From Vicinamibacteraceae bacterium (GTDB lineage Bacteria; Planctomycetota; Phycisphaerae; Phycisphaerales; UBA5793), in assembly GCA_011525805.1 (NCBI GenBank), contig WYBR01000013.1, positions 64,768-128,767 on the forward strand: a stretch of 64,000 nt of DNA, given 5' to 3'. The notes beneath the pieces were generated by a model that was not told the DNA's origin, ran no database searches, and worked only from the letters and a program-made list of their open reading frames with translations. Shown here in pieces: positions 37,850 to 46,742 of this stretch; within the stretch, counting starts at the first letter, position 1; the number at the start of each line of letters is the position of its first letter. The translations under genes were made by a program, and so were the position numbers.

Positions 37850-39487
37850 ATGCCAGAGTCGATCACGCATTTTCCACCGCCGGTCAATGAGCCGGTTCAC
37901 TCGTATGCGCCGGGCACGCCGCAGCGCGATTCGCTTGCCGCGGAACTGGAGTCGCAGCAGCGCGCCACGATCGAGATCCCGCTGATCATCGGGGGGCGCG
38001 AGGTGCATACGGGGCGCTTCGCCGAGGCGCTGGTCCCCCACCGCCGCGGGCAGGTGCTGGCGCGGGTTCACCAGGCCGGGGAGGCGGAGACGCTCGCGGC
38101 CGTGGAGGCGGCGCGGCGCGCGAAGGCCGAGTGGATGAACATGCCGGCGGCGGATCGCGGGGCGATTTTTCTCCGGGCGGCCGATCTGCTCGCCGGGCCG
38201 TGGCGGGATCGGATCAACGCGGCGACGATGCTCAATCAGTCCAAGACGTGCCACCAGGCGGAGATCGACGCGGCGTGCGAACTCATCGACTTTTTCCGCT
38301 TCAACGTGAGTTACATGGTGCGGATCGAGTCGCAGGTGCAGCCGGACGCCTCGCCGCGAGGGACGTGGAACCGGGTTGAGTGTCGTCCGCTCGAGGGATT
38401 CGTCTATGCGGTGACGCCGTTCAACTTCACGAGCATCGCGGGGAACCTGCCGCATGCGCCGGCATTGATGGGCAACACGGTGGTGTGGAAGCCTTCGCCG
38501 CACGCGTTGCACAGCAACTGGCTGGTGATGAAGTTGTTCGAGGCCGCGGGCCTGCCGCCGGGGGTGATCAACTTCGTGCCCGGCGAGGCGGAGGTGGTGA
38601 CGCGGGCGGTGCTCTCGCAGCGCGACTTCGCGGGGCTGCACTTCACGGGCTCGACGGCGGTGTTCCGCGGGCTGTGGCGGCAGGCGGCCGAGCGGCTCGA
38701 AACGTACCGCGAGTATCCGCGGCTCGTCGGCGAGACGGGCGGCAAGGATTTTCTTATCGCGCACGCCTCGGCGGACGCCGACGCGGTCGTCGCGGCGATG
38801 ATCCGCGGCGCGTACGAGTTTCAGGGGCAAAAGTGCTCGGCGCTCTCGCGGGCCTACCTGCCGCGGTCGATGTGGAGCGCGATGCGCGAGCGGCTCATCG
38901 CGGAGATCCGCTCGATCCCGATGGGCGACGTGGCCGACCTGAGCAACTTCATGGGCGCGGTGATCCACCGCGGCGCGTTCGAGCGCTGCGCGCGGCACAT
39001 CGAGCAGGCCCGGGGCGACGCCTCCTGTGCGATTCTCGCGGGGGGCGGGTGCGACGATTCGCACGGGTGGTTCGTCGAACCGACGCTCATCGAGGCGGTC
39101 CACCCGCAGGCGCCGAGCATGTGCGAAGAGATCTTCGGCCCGATTCTGACGGTGTTCATCTATGAAGATGCGGCGTTCGAGGAGACGCTGGGCGTGTGCG
39201 ATTCGACGTCGCCGTATGCGTTGACGGGCGCCGTGTTCGCGCGCGATCAGCGCGCCATCGCGCTGGCGACGCGTCGGCTGCGCTTCGCGGCGGGGAACTT
39301 CTACGTCAACGACAAGCCGACGGGCGCGGTCGTGGGCCAGCAGCCCTTCGGCGGCGCGCGGGCGAGCGGGACGAACGACAAGGCCGGGTCCGCGCTCAAC
39401 CTGCTGCGCTGGATGTCGCCGCGGACGATCAAGGAGAACTTCGATCCGCCGCGCGACTACCGGATGCCGTACATGGGGCCGGCGTGA
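37850..39487 (+). CDS. pruA: L-glutamate gamma-semialdehyde (1-pyrroline-5-carboxylate) dehydrogenase
   Basis: Track ORF trimmed to the ATG at 37850 (MPESITHFPPPVNEPVHSYAPG...). Aldehyde dehydrogenase motifs: FNFTSIAGN, VVWKPSP, ETGGKDF and EFQGQKCSALSR (catalytic Cys). Confidence 0.9.
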   Translation: MPESITHFPPPVNEPVHSYAPGTPQRDSLAAELESQQRATIEIPLIIGGREVHTGRFAEALVPHRRGQVLARVHQAGEAETLAAVEAARRAKAEWMNMPAADRGAIFLRAADLLAGPWRDRINAATMLNQSKTCHQAEIDAACELIDFFRFNVSYMVRIESQVQPDASPRGTWNRVECRPLEGFVYAVTPFNFTSIAGNLPHAPALMGNTVVWKPSPHALHSNWLVMKLFEAAGLPPGVINFVPGEAEVVTRAVLSQRDFAGLHFTGSTAVFRGLWRQAAERLETYREYPRLVGETGGKDFLIAHASADADAVVAAMIRGAYEFQGQKCSALSRAYLPRSMWSAMRERLIAEIRSIPMGDVADLSNFMGAVIHRGAFERCARHIEQARGDASCAILAGGGCDDSHGWFVEPTLIEAVHPQAPSMCEEIFGPILTVFIYEDAAFEETLGVCDSTSPYALTGAVFARDQRAIALATRRLRFAAGNFYVNDKPTGAVVGQQPFGGARASGTNDKAGSALNLLRWMSPRTIKENFDPPRDYRMPYMGPA

Positions 39488-39584
39488 GCGCACGATGACG
39501 CGGCGGCCGGGCGATGCGGGGCGACATCATGCGCCTCGCCGACGCTTCGGGCTCGCTTGAGGCGACCTGGCACGTTCGGCGGCG

Positions 39585-40628
39585 CTAGGCGAAGTCGCGA
39601 GCGAGGCGCTCGTTCTCTTCGCGGTATCGGCCGGAGAGGATGCTGCGCCACCACGGCTCGTGCTCGCAATACCACTGCACCGTCGCTTCAAGCGCCTGGG
39701 GCCAGCGCGATCGCTTTGCCTCCCAGCCAAGCGTGCGGCGCGCGTGGGCTGAGTCGATGGCGTACCGGCGGTCGTGGCCGAGGCGGTCGGTGACGTACTC
39801 GATGAAGGACTCGTCGCGGCCGGTGAGTCGAAGGAGCAGGTGAGTGAGTTCGACGTTGGGATGCTCGTTGGCGGCGCCGACGTTGTAGACCTCGCCCGGT
39901 CGACCGCGCTGAAGGGCGGCGATGATCGCCTCGCAATGATCGTCGACGTGGATCCAGTCGCGGACGTTGAGCCCGTCGCCGTAGAGCGGCACGCGCTTGC
40001 CCTGCATGAGGTTGATGGTGAACAGGGGGATGACTTTCTCGGGGAACTGGCGCGGCCCGAAGTTGTTGGAGCAGCGCGTGATGATTCCCGGAAAGCCGAA
40101 GGTGTGGCCATAGGCGAGCACGAGGAGGTCGGCGGCGGCCTTGCTCGCGGCGTAGGGTGAACTGGGGTTGAGCGGCGTGCGCTCGGTGAAGGCGGCCTGA
40201 GCGGGATCGAGTGAGAGCGAGCCGTACACCTCGTCCGTGCTCACCTGGAGGAATCGCCGGACGTTGAGTTCGCGCGCGGTGTCGAGGAGGGTCTGCGTGC
40301 CGAGGACGTTGGTGCGGACGAAGGGGCCCGAGTCGATGATGGAGCGGTCGACGTGCGACTCGGCGGCGACGTTGATGACGGCGTCGCAGCCATCCATGGC
40401 GCGCCGGACGGCGTCGCGGTCGGCAATGTCGCCGCGAACGAAGCGGTGCCGCGGGTGCGCGAGGACATCTTCCAGGCCGTCGAGGCTGGCGGCGTAGGTG
40501 AGGGCGTCAAAGTTGACGACGGCGGCGCCGGCAAGGCGCTCGAGGACCAGGCGCACGAGGGCGGAGCCGATGAACCCCGCGCCTCCGGTGATGAGAATGC
40601 GCCGCGGCTCGAAGAGTGGATCGGGCAT
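39585..40628 (-). CDS. rfbB: dTDP-glucose 4,6-dehydratase
   Basis: ILITGGAGFIGSALV Rossmann motif, YAASKAAAD (YxxxK), STDEVYG. 347 aa. Confidence 0.9.
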   Translation of the reverse strand: MPDPLFEPRRILITGGAGFIGSALVRLVLERLAGAAVVNFDALTYAASLDGLEDVLAHPRHRFVRGDIADRDAVRRAMDGCDAVINVAAESHVDRSIIDSGPFVRTNVLGTQTLLDTARELNVRRFLQVSTDEVYGSLSLDPAQAAFTERTPLNPSSPYAASKAAADLLVLAYGHTFGFPGIITRCSNNFGPRQFPEKVIPLFTINLMQGKRVPLYGDGLNVRDWIHVDDHCEAIIAALQRGRPGEVYNVGAANEHPNVELTHLLLRLTGRDESFIEYVTDRLGHDRRYAIDSAHARRTLGWEAKRSRWPQALEATVQWYCEHEPWWRSILSGRYREENERLARDFA

Positions 40629-40631
40629 GGC

Positions 40632-41438
40632 TCAGGCGTCGTCCTCGTCTGAGGAGGCGGGGCGCGCCGGCCCCTTGCCGTTGGCGCCGCGCGTGGCGAC
40701 GAGTTGGGAGGCGTGGTGGAGGCTCTCGATGGTTCCGGCGTCGGACCACCAGCCTTCGAGCATGGAGTATTCGAGTTCGCCGCGCTGAAGGTAGGCGTTG
40801 TTGACGTCGGTGATCTCGAGTTCGTTGCGGGCGGAGGGCTTGAGGCTGCGGATGATCTCGAAGACGGAAGCGTCGTAGAGATAGAGGCCGACGACGGCGT
40901 AGCGGCTGGGAGGGTCCTTGGGCTTCTCGATGATCTCAAGGACGCGGCCGGAGGGCGCGCCGTGGCCGTCGAGCCGCTCGAAGCGCGGCACGCCGAAGCG
41001 CTGCGGCGAGCGGACCTCCTTGAGGGCGATGCGCGCGCCGCGGCCGCGGTTGCGGGCAAGTTGGGCCTCGTAGGCGGCGGCGACGTCGGCGACGCTGTTC
41101 TCGAAAAGGTTGTCGCCGAGGATCACGGCGATGGGTTGGCCGTCGGCGAAGTCCTCGGCGAGCCCGAGGGCTTCGGCGATGCCGCCCGCGCCGCGCTGGT
41201 AGGTGTAGGAGAGTTCCTTGAGGCCGAACTCGCGCCCGTTGCCGAGCAGTTCGAGGAAAGCGCCGGGGCTGTTTCCTCCGGTGACGAGGAGGACCTCGGA
41301 GATTCCCGCCGTCTGCAGCGACTCGATGGGGTAGTAGACCATCGGCCGGTCGTAGACGGGCAGAAGGTGCTTGTTGGTGACGCGGGTCATGGGCATGAGC
41401 CGCGTGCCGTAACCGCCTGCGAGTATGACGCCTTTCAT
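40632..41438 (-). CDS. Glucose-1-phosphate thymidylyltransferase-like sugar nucleotidyltransferase (short form)
   Basis: MKGVILAGGYGTRLMPMTRVTNKHLLPVYDRPMVYYPI is the G-x-G-T-R-L signature. Stop lies 3 nt upstream of the rfbB start. The exact sugar-1-P specificity is not determinable. Confidence 0.8.
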   Translation of the reverse strand: MKGVILAGGYGTRLMPMTRVTNKHLLPVYDRPMVYYPIESLQTAGISEVLLVTGGNSPGAFLELLGNGREFGLKELSYTYQRGAGGIAEALGLAEDFADGQPIAVILGDNLFENSVADVAAAYEAQLARNRGRGARIALKEVRSPQRFGVPRFERLDGHGAPSGRVLEIIEKPKDPPSRYAVVGLYLYDASVFEIIRSLKPSARNELEITDVNNAYLQRGELEYSMLEGWWSDAGTIESLHHASQLVATRGANGKGPARPASSDEDDA

Positions 41439-41750
41439 GCGGTTGCGATGGTAGAGTGCGAGGCCGAGTCGATCAAACGGGATACTCGGTCAAGAAACCG
41501 GCATCGCCCGGAGATTCATCGCCGCCCCGGCGGGGGGGCGGGCAGGCGAATCAGGGTGGATTCCCGATGCCGCCGGACTGGATCCGTGAGACAATCGGTG
41601 CTTGCGGAGTCCGCCCCCCTGCGGCGGCGCCGGAGAGCGGGCGAGGTCCGGCGGCCATTGCCGGAGCCGCCGGGACGGCTCGAAGGAGATGCACACGCGC
41701 GCATCGCGGCGCAGGCGCGGACCATCTGCAAAACCCGATCGGAGGCCGAC

Positions 41751-42452
41751 ATGAAGACCGGAGCACGACGAACGCAACTGCGGCGACTCATCGCGGGCAT
41801 CGCGGGCATTGCGGTGTATCTGATGGCGACCGGCCCGGCGCCGGGCCAGATCTCCGGTAGCGCGCACGACTTTTCAAGCGCGGGATGGTCGCGGCACCAG
41901 ATCTGCCTGCCCTGCCACACTCCGCACAACGCGATGGAGGTGGAGGTGAACGGCTACGGCGCGGGCCGGCTGTGGAACCACGCGCTGCCGTCGCAGGGGC
42001 AGGTGTATGGCATGCGCTCGGGCGAACTGATGCGCGATGATGCGCTCGACGCCTACAGCCTGCTGTGCCTGGGCTGCCACGACGGGACGGTGGCGCTGGA
42101 CAGTTTCGGTGGACGGAGCGGCAGCGTGTACATCTCCGCGGCGAGGGTGCGTCCGTCGGCGCGGGCTTCGACGCTGCTCGGCGTGGACCTGACGGACGAT
42201 CATCCCGTCGGCGCGGACGCGGTGTGGCCGGAGATCGAGCCGGAAGGGCTCAACCCGCGCGGCGCGTGGGAGAACCAGGTCTTCGGCGGCTCGCGCATGG
42301 GCCGCCTGCGTCCGATGCGCATTGACGGTCAGGAGCAGTGGGTAGTGAGTTGCGCGACGTGCCACGAGCCGCACCGCCGCGGCGGACACGACGGCCTGCT
42401 GCGCATCGACAACTCGGCGAGCCAGATGTGCCTGGCGTGCCACAGCAAGTGA
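41751..42452 (+). CDS. Multihaem cytochrome c (paired-CXXCH type), signal-anchored
   Basis: Only the last 233 codons of track ORF 40704..42452 are credible. ATG at 41751 (MKTGARRTQLRRLIAGIAGIAVYLMA). Four motifs: CLPCH, CLGCH, CATCH and CLACH. SAHDFS...CLPCHTPHN is typical of doubled-CXXCH proteins. Confidence 0.75.
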   Translation: MKTGARRTQLRRLIAGIAGIAVYLMATGPAPGQISGSAHDFSSAGWSRHQICLPCHTPHNAMEVEVNGYGAGRLWNHALPSQGQVYGMRSGELMRDDALDAYSLLCLGCHDGTVALDSFGGRSGSVYISAARVRPSARASTLLGVDLTDDHPVGADAVWPEIEPEGLNPRGAWENQVFGGSRMGRLRPMRIDGQEQWVVSCATCHEPHRRGGHDGLLRIDNSASQMCLACHSK

Positions 42453-42468
42453 AGCGCCCGACCGGGCG

Positions 42469-42924
42469 CTACCACTCTCCGATCAGGTCTGCGATCTTCT
42501 GGTCGATCCAGTCGCAGACCACGCCGCGGAAGCCCTCGCGCTCGCGCTTTTCGATCGCCGCGGCGCGGGAGGTTCGCGCTTCGCGGATCGCATGGAACTG
42601 GCCGCGTTCGAGCCAGACGCCGAAGCACTCGGGACAGATGTCGATGCACTGGTCGGTGTGGGGGTAGATCATCGTGCTCATGGGTCCGTGGCCTTCGGGA
42701 CACGTTCGCCCCCCCGCCAGCGACGCCTTCGGATCGTCGAAGGTCCACTCGGCGTGCTCGAACGAGCGTTCAAGTTCTCCGCCGTCGAACCAGATGCCGC
42801 CGCACCTCGGACACCAATCGACGACGATTCCCCTTCCCTTGACGGGGCGTCGCCTGAGGCCGCACGCGCCGCGCGGGTGACCTTCGGACTTGCATCGCGG
42901 GCATTCGAGGTCGTGATCGCTCAC
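42469..42924 (-). CDS. Double zinc-ribbon protein (zf-TFIIB/PF13453-like)
   Basis: GTG at 42924 with GGAGA 8 nt upstream. Two CPxC...CPxCxG[IV]W[FL] modules: CPRC...CPRCGGIWFDGGELE and CPEGHG...CPECFGVWLERGQF. Confidence 0.65.
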   Translation of the reverse strand: MSDHDLECPRCKSEGHPRGACGLRRRPVKGRGIVVDWCPRCGGIWFDGGELERSFEHAEWTFDDPKASLAGGRTCPEGHGPMSTMIYPHTDQCIDICPECFGVWLERGQFHAIREARTSRAAAIEKREREGFRGVVCDWIDQKIADLIGEW

Positions 42925-42935
42925 GGTGCAATCTC

Positions 42936-43802
42936 CTACCAACTGCCGCTGGCGCCGCCGCCGCCGGAGGAGCCGCCGCCAAAGCCGCCGCCGAAGCCGC
43001 CCGACGATCCGCCGTCGGACGAATAGTCCTCCATGAACTGGGAGGTCGCGCGCAGCGTCTTGACGACATAAAGAAGCAGGATGACGCCCAGACCGATCAG
43101 CACCCACCCCCAGCCGCGCTTGCCATTGCGATAGAGGCTGATTCCCACCGGGATCGCGAGGACGCCGAGCGCGCCGGCGACGATCACGGCCCAGTTCGTG
43201 CCATAGCGGACCGAGGCGAACTCGCGGCCGAGCGCGCGAATGCCTGCGGAGACGCCGCCGGAGTAGTCGCCGCGCTTGAAGTGGGGAATGATGGCGCCGT
43301 CCATGATGCGCTGGGCGTCGCCGTCGCGCAGCGTGCCGTACCCGGCGCCGAGTTCGATGCGGGCGCGGCGGTCGTTGATGGCGACGAGCAGGAGCACGCC
43401 GTCGTTGGCGGGGAGATTGCCGACGCCCCAGGCGTTGAAGACGCCGCGCGCGAAGTCCTCGATGGCTCCGGCGCCGGCGTCGGGGTAGTCGCCCATCGAG
43501 TTGATGATGAGCACGGCGATCTCGACGCCGCTGCTTGCCTCGGCGAACCAGAGGTACTGCTCGAATCCCTCCTCCTGCATCGGGGTGAGAACGCCGGCGA
43601 GATCGGTGATGTAGCCGTTGTCGGGCTGCGGCCACGGGGCGTAGGTGCGCTTCGTCTCGTCGCCGACGCCGCGCTGCGCCGGATCCGCTTCGCCGGCGCC
43701 GGTCGGAGGCTCTTGCGCGCCGAGCGGGGCGGCGGCGAGCAGCACGCCCAGCAGCGCCGCCAAACCGCGCCGCCAATCAGGAATCGTGAACGATCGCATC
43801 AT
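42936..43802 (-). CDS. TPM-domain protein (YgcG-like) with C-terminal TM segment and Gly-rich tail
   Basis: Track ORF trimmed to MMRSFTIPDW...signal. YITDLAGVL...GVEIAVLIINSMG...NDGVLLLVAINDRRARIELGAGYG is the TPM phosphatase-fold signature. The tail reads SSGGFGGGFGGGSSGGGGASGSW. Confidence 0.8.
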   Translation of the reverse strand: MMRSFTIPDWRRGLAALLGVLLAAAPLGAQEPPTGAGEADPAQRGVGDETKRTYAPWPQPDNGYITDLAGVLTPMQEEGFEQYLWFAEASSGVEIAVLIINSMGDYPDAGAGAIEDFARGVFNAWGVGNLPANDGVLLLVAINDRRARIELGAGYGTLRDGDAQRIMDGAIIPHFKRGDYSGGVSAGIRALGREFASVRYGTNWAVIVAGALGVLAIPVGISLYRNGKRGWGWVLIGLGVILLLYVVKTLRATSQFMEDYSSDGGSSGGFGGGFGGGSSGGGGASGSW

Positions 43803-44313
43803 CAATCTCGTTGGGGTTGTCGGCGCCGGCGGGGTAGTGCTCGGCGAGGCGCGAGCCAATCAGCGCGATCGCTTCGCAAAGCCCCTGCGCCATGCGGCCG
43901 GCGCGGAAGTGCTCCGCCATGACATCGCGCAGGTCATACCAGTAGTCGAACCCGACTCTCGCCGTGATGCCGCGATCGCCGTAGATGAAGAACTCACGGT
44001 TGGCGCGGACGACGAGAATCAGGACGCAGTTGTGCTCGCGCGTGCGATGGAGGCCCAGGCGGCGAAAGACCTCGACGGCCTTGGTTGCGAGGTCGATCCA
44101 GCACCAGCGCAGGACGACAACCTTGATCTCCGCCGTCGTGCCGCGCTCGGCCTGCGCGATCGCGTCCTCGACGCGCTTCTCTTCTTCAGCAGTGAGTATG
44201 CCGGCGCTGTCCAACGGCGTGCTCCCGGACAGAATGAGCGGCCGGCCGCGCACCAAACGGAATTCGGCCGACCGATCAGTGTACGCTTCTCCCACCCGCC
44301 GGCCCGTGGGCAT
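43777..44313 (-). CDS. TPM-domain (DUF477-like) protein
   Basis: LTAEEEKRVEDAIAQAERGTTAEIKVVV...NCVLILVVRANREFFIYGDRGI matches the TPM pattern. Start taken as the ATG at 44313; the alternative is 44370. Overlaps the next TPM gene by ~26 nt. Confidence 0.7.
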   Translation of the reverse strand: MPTGRRVGEAYTDRSAEFRLVRGRPLILSGSTPLDSAGILTAEEEKRVEDAIAQAERGTTAEIKVVVLRWCWIDLATKAVEVFRRLGLHRTREHNCVLILVVRANREFFIYGDRGITARVGFDYWYDLRDVMAEHFRAGRMAQGLCEAIALIGSRLAEHYPAGADNPNEIDDAIVHDS

Positions 44314-44356
44314 CGGCCTACGGCCGCGACACGCGAGGCGGCCGCGAGTGCGATTG

Positions 44357-45076
44357 GTGGCGCCCTGCATTGACCCGCTCTGGGGTCAATGCATGGCGAG
44401 CGGGCAAGGGCGCCCGTCGGGTGCCACACATCGACCTGCTTCGGGCGATGTGTGCCGAGCGAGCGAAGGCGATCGTTCGCGCCTGCACGTTCGCCATCGA
44501 TCTCCGCCCAGAGCGGCGGCGATCGATGCCACCCCGCGAGAAGAAGGGTGCCACTGCACCCTCGCGGCTCTGAGCGAGAGTGCAGTGCGTCGGGCAGGGG
44601 CCGTCGATTGATGGTGCCATGCATTGACCCGCTCTGGGGTCAATGCATGCCGTGCGGGCAAGGGTGATCGTCGGGTGCCACTGCACCCTCGCGGCTCTGG
44701 GCGAGAGTGCAGTGCGGCGGGCAGGGGCATTCGTTCGCGCTTGCACGTTCGCCATCGATCTCCGCCCAGAGCGGCGGCGATCGATGCCACCCCGCGAGAA
44801 GAAGGGTGCCACTGCACGCTCGCGCGCGGGGTGCCACTGCACGCTCGCGGCTCTGAGCGAGAGTGCAGTGCGGCGGGCAAGGGCGGACGCTTGCTCTTGC
44901 CCGTTCGCACACAGCACGCTGGCGCGATGCTGTGTGGCACCCTTTGCGATGCTCGCGCGCCTGCCCGCTCTCCATGCTTCGCCCAGAGCCGCGAAGCATG
45001 GCGCCGGGCGAGCGGATTCTAATCGTCGGTGCCATGCATTGACCCGCTCCGGTATCAATGCATGGCGAGGGGCAAG
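44357..45076. repeat. Mosaic array of ~12 hairpin modules (~50 nt each, both orientations); REP/BIME-like but with a conserved loop, conserved flanks and variable stems
   Basis: Module consensus: GGTGCCA - stem - SGCTCTGR - stem' - TG[GC]CG.GCGGGCA[AG]GG. Forward copies start near 44357, 44419, 44547, 44613, 44673, 44806 (truncated), 44830 and 45028. Reverse copies lie at 44471-44533, 44740-44792, 44889-44941 and 44957-45004. Overlapping ORFs on both strands only mirror the DNA repeats. Confidence 0.85.
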
Positions 45077-45131
45077 GCCGATCGTCCTCGCTGGCGCTTC
45101 GGCCTGTTGGCGAGACGCGGTGCTCCCGCCT

Positions 45132-45836
45132 TCACTGGTCCAACCTCTTGAGACGCTCGCGCACCAGCGCCATCTCGGCGACGCCGGCGCGGTGGGCGGC
45201 GCTCACGTCGGGCATGGCTTCGCCTTCGCGCGGCCGCAACAGCACGATCGACAGCACCGCCTCTCTCAGAAAGACGCCGGCCGGCTCGCGCACCGGCTCG
45301 GGCTTGAGCGAATCAACGATGCGCACGTCGCCGTCCGCCGCATCATCGGTGACTACCCAGTGCAGTCCGCCCGTCTCCGCGCGGCGAATGAGCAGCAGCG
45401 CCGCCTGCCGCCCGTTGACGTGATCGCGGAGCCGATCGGCCGCGCCCGCGGCCGCGGGATCGACCAACCCGTAATCGAAGCCGTCCTGAACGATCACTCG
45501 AAGCAAGTCAGGATGGAGCGTGCCGGTGGAAGTCGAGTCGACTGGAATGGCAGCGCGATCGACGCCGAGGCGGAAGCGCAGGTTCTTGTTCCCGGGCGAG
45601 AGGCCGTAGGCGGCGTAGGCGGAGGAGAGGCTGAGCAGGCCGCAAGTGTGCGACTCGGTCTGCTCAAGCGGCTCGGCCGGCGCGATCGTTCTTGACTCAG
45701 GCACGTCAGGAGAGCGCCAGGCGTCGGACTTGCCGCTGATGCGCCCGGCGATGAAGAGCGCCCCGGCGAGAACGACCAGCAGGAGCAGCCCGAGACCGCC
45801 GCCCGCGAGCAGGAGAATGAGACGCCAACGCTTCAT
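45132..45836 (-). CDS. Membrane-anchored papain-fold (peptidase C39-like) protein
   Basis: Track ORF trimmed to the ATG at 45836 (MKRWRLILLLAGGGLGLLLLVVLAGALFIAG, TM). Candidate catalytic Cys in ESHTCGLLSLSSAYAAYG and His in GLHWVVT, as in C39-like domains. Assigned by motif only. Confidence 0.5.
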   Translation of the reverse strand: MKRWRLILLLAGGGLGLLLLVVLAGALFIAGRISGKSDAWRSPDVPESRTIAPAEPLEQTESHTCGLLSLSSAYAAYGLSPGNKNLRFRLGVDRAAIPVDSTSTGTLHPDLLRVIVQDGFDYGLVDPAAAGAADRLRDHVNGRQAALLLIRRAETGGLHWVVTDDAADGDVRIVDSLKPEPVREPAGVFLREAVLSIVLLRPREGEAMPDVSAAHRAGVAEMALVRERLKRLDQ

Positions 45837-45915
45837 GAAGGAAAACCATAGGGCTCTGATCCAGAACGGAGTGCCCTTCGCCAGATCGCTCGCTTGAAGT
45901 CCCGCCAGGTGAGGA

Positions 45916-46662
45916 TCACCGTCGCCCCGCGCCGCACTCGGGACAGCCGGCATCTGGATTGCCTCGAAGGTCGTATCCGCAGGCCCGGCAGCGGCCACGG
46001 GCAGTGCGGAAGCGAGCACTGGCGCACTTCACGGCCTCGCAAGAGAGGATGACCAAGACACACGCCCCGAGTAGCAGCGCCTGCCCAGCCCAGATCGGTC
46101 GAAGCGGGATCACTCGACCGAATTCGCTCAGGTACTGGGATGACCGGCTGCTGCGGCCATCCGGCAGTTGAACACCCGTGGATGCGCTGACGCGCCACGC
46201 CTGACTCTTCCTGATCGAAGCGCACCAGAGCAGGCGAACGGGCCAACCGACTGTGTGAACCGCGCACCGGTGAGTTGGATCGTCGGTTGCTCCGCGGAAT
46301 CGCCCGTCATATACGCGCTTCACGGTCCCCGGGACCGCCTGCTCGATCCCATTCACACTTCCGCGCGACGACGCGATCCACCGGTGCAACTGTGCATCCC
46401 CACCGACTTCAACGTCCTGCATGAGATAGACGCTCGCCACGTCCCCCTCGTGCGCGTAGACCAACGTCGCGCGCGAGCCGATCTCCTCCACCATCGAGAT
46501 GTCCGTCACATCGTGGAGCGCGGCGCCCATCGCACCGCTGGCATCGTACCCGATGGCAAACCACGCCGCCCAACCTGCGTCAATGAGAAGCGCGAGGACC
46601 GACGCTCGCATCAGTGTGCGCCGGATAACCACTCGTCGCGGCGGAGTGCTCTGTTGCGTCAT
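45916..46662 (-). CDS. Hypothetical two-TM protein with C-terminal CxxCGYDLRG...CPECG zinc ribbon
   Basis: 248 aa. N-terminal TM (ASVLALLIDAGWAAWFAIG), second TM (ALLLGACVLVILS), then RCRACGYDLRGNPDAGCPECGAGRR. This tail motif recurs in many planctomycete hypothetical proteins. Confidence 0.55.
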   Translation of the reverse strand: MTQQSTPPRRVVIRRTLMRASVLALLIDAGWAAWFAIGYDASGAMGAALHDVTDISMVEEIGSRATLVYAHEGDVASVYLMQDVEVGGDAQLHRWIASSRGSVNGIEQAVPGTVKRVYDGRFRGATDDPTHRCAVHTVGWPVRLLWCASIRKSQAWRVSASTGVQLPDGRSSRSSQYLSEFGRVIPLRPIWAGQALLLGACVLVILSCEAVKCASARFRTARGRCRACGYDLRGNPDAGCPECGAGRR

Positions 46663-46742
46663 CGCGGGTGCCCCGAAGTTAGCTCAAGCCGGCCGACAAC
46701 CTCCGTCTCGCGCGTCAGAACTCCCCTCCCCGAGCGAGCAAG

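Noticed and set aside
37721-39493. 590-aa minus-strand ORF
   Set aside because: Antisense to the P5C dehydrogenase gene. Extremely Arg/Pro-rich with no motifs.
40704-41750. First 349 codons of track ORF 40704..42452
   Set aside because: Antisense to the rfbA-like gene and then running through intergenic DNA. Only the C-terminal 233 codons (signal anchor plus four CxxCH) look like a real protein.
44318-45058. 246-aa ORF (and several 60-200-aa ORFs on both strands) with internally repeated peptides such as GGIDRRRSGRRSMANVQAR
   Set aside because: The peptide repeats simply mirror the DNA hairpin modules. ORFs exist in several frames on both strands, with no start context or protein-like composition.
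44357-45076. Reading the repeat region as a CRISPR array
   Set aside because: There are no unique spacers between identical direct repeats. The modules occur in both orientations, are themselves heterogeneous hairpins and abut each other. No cas genes are present.
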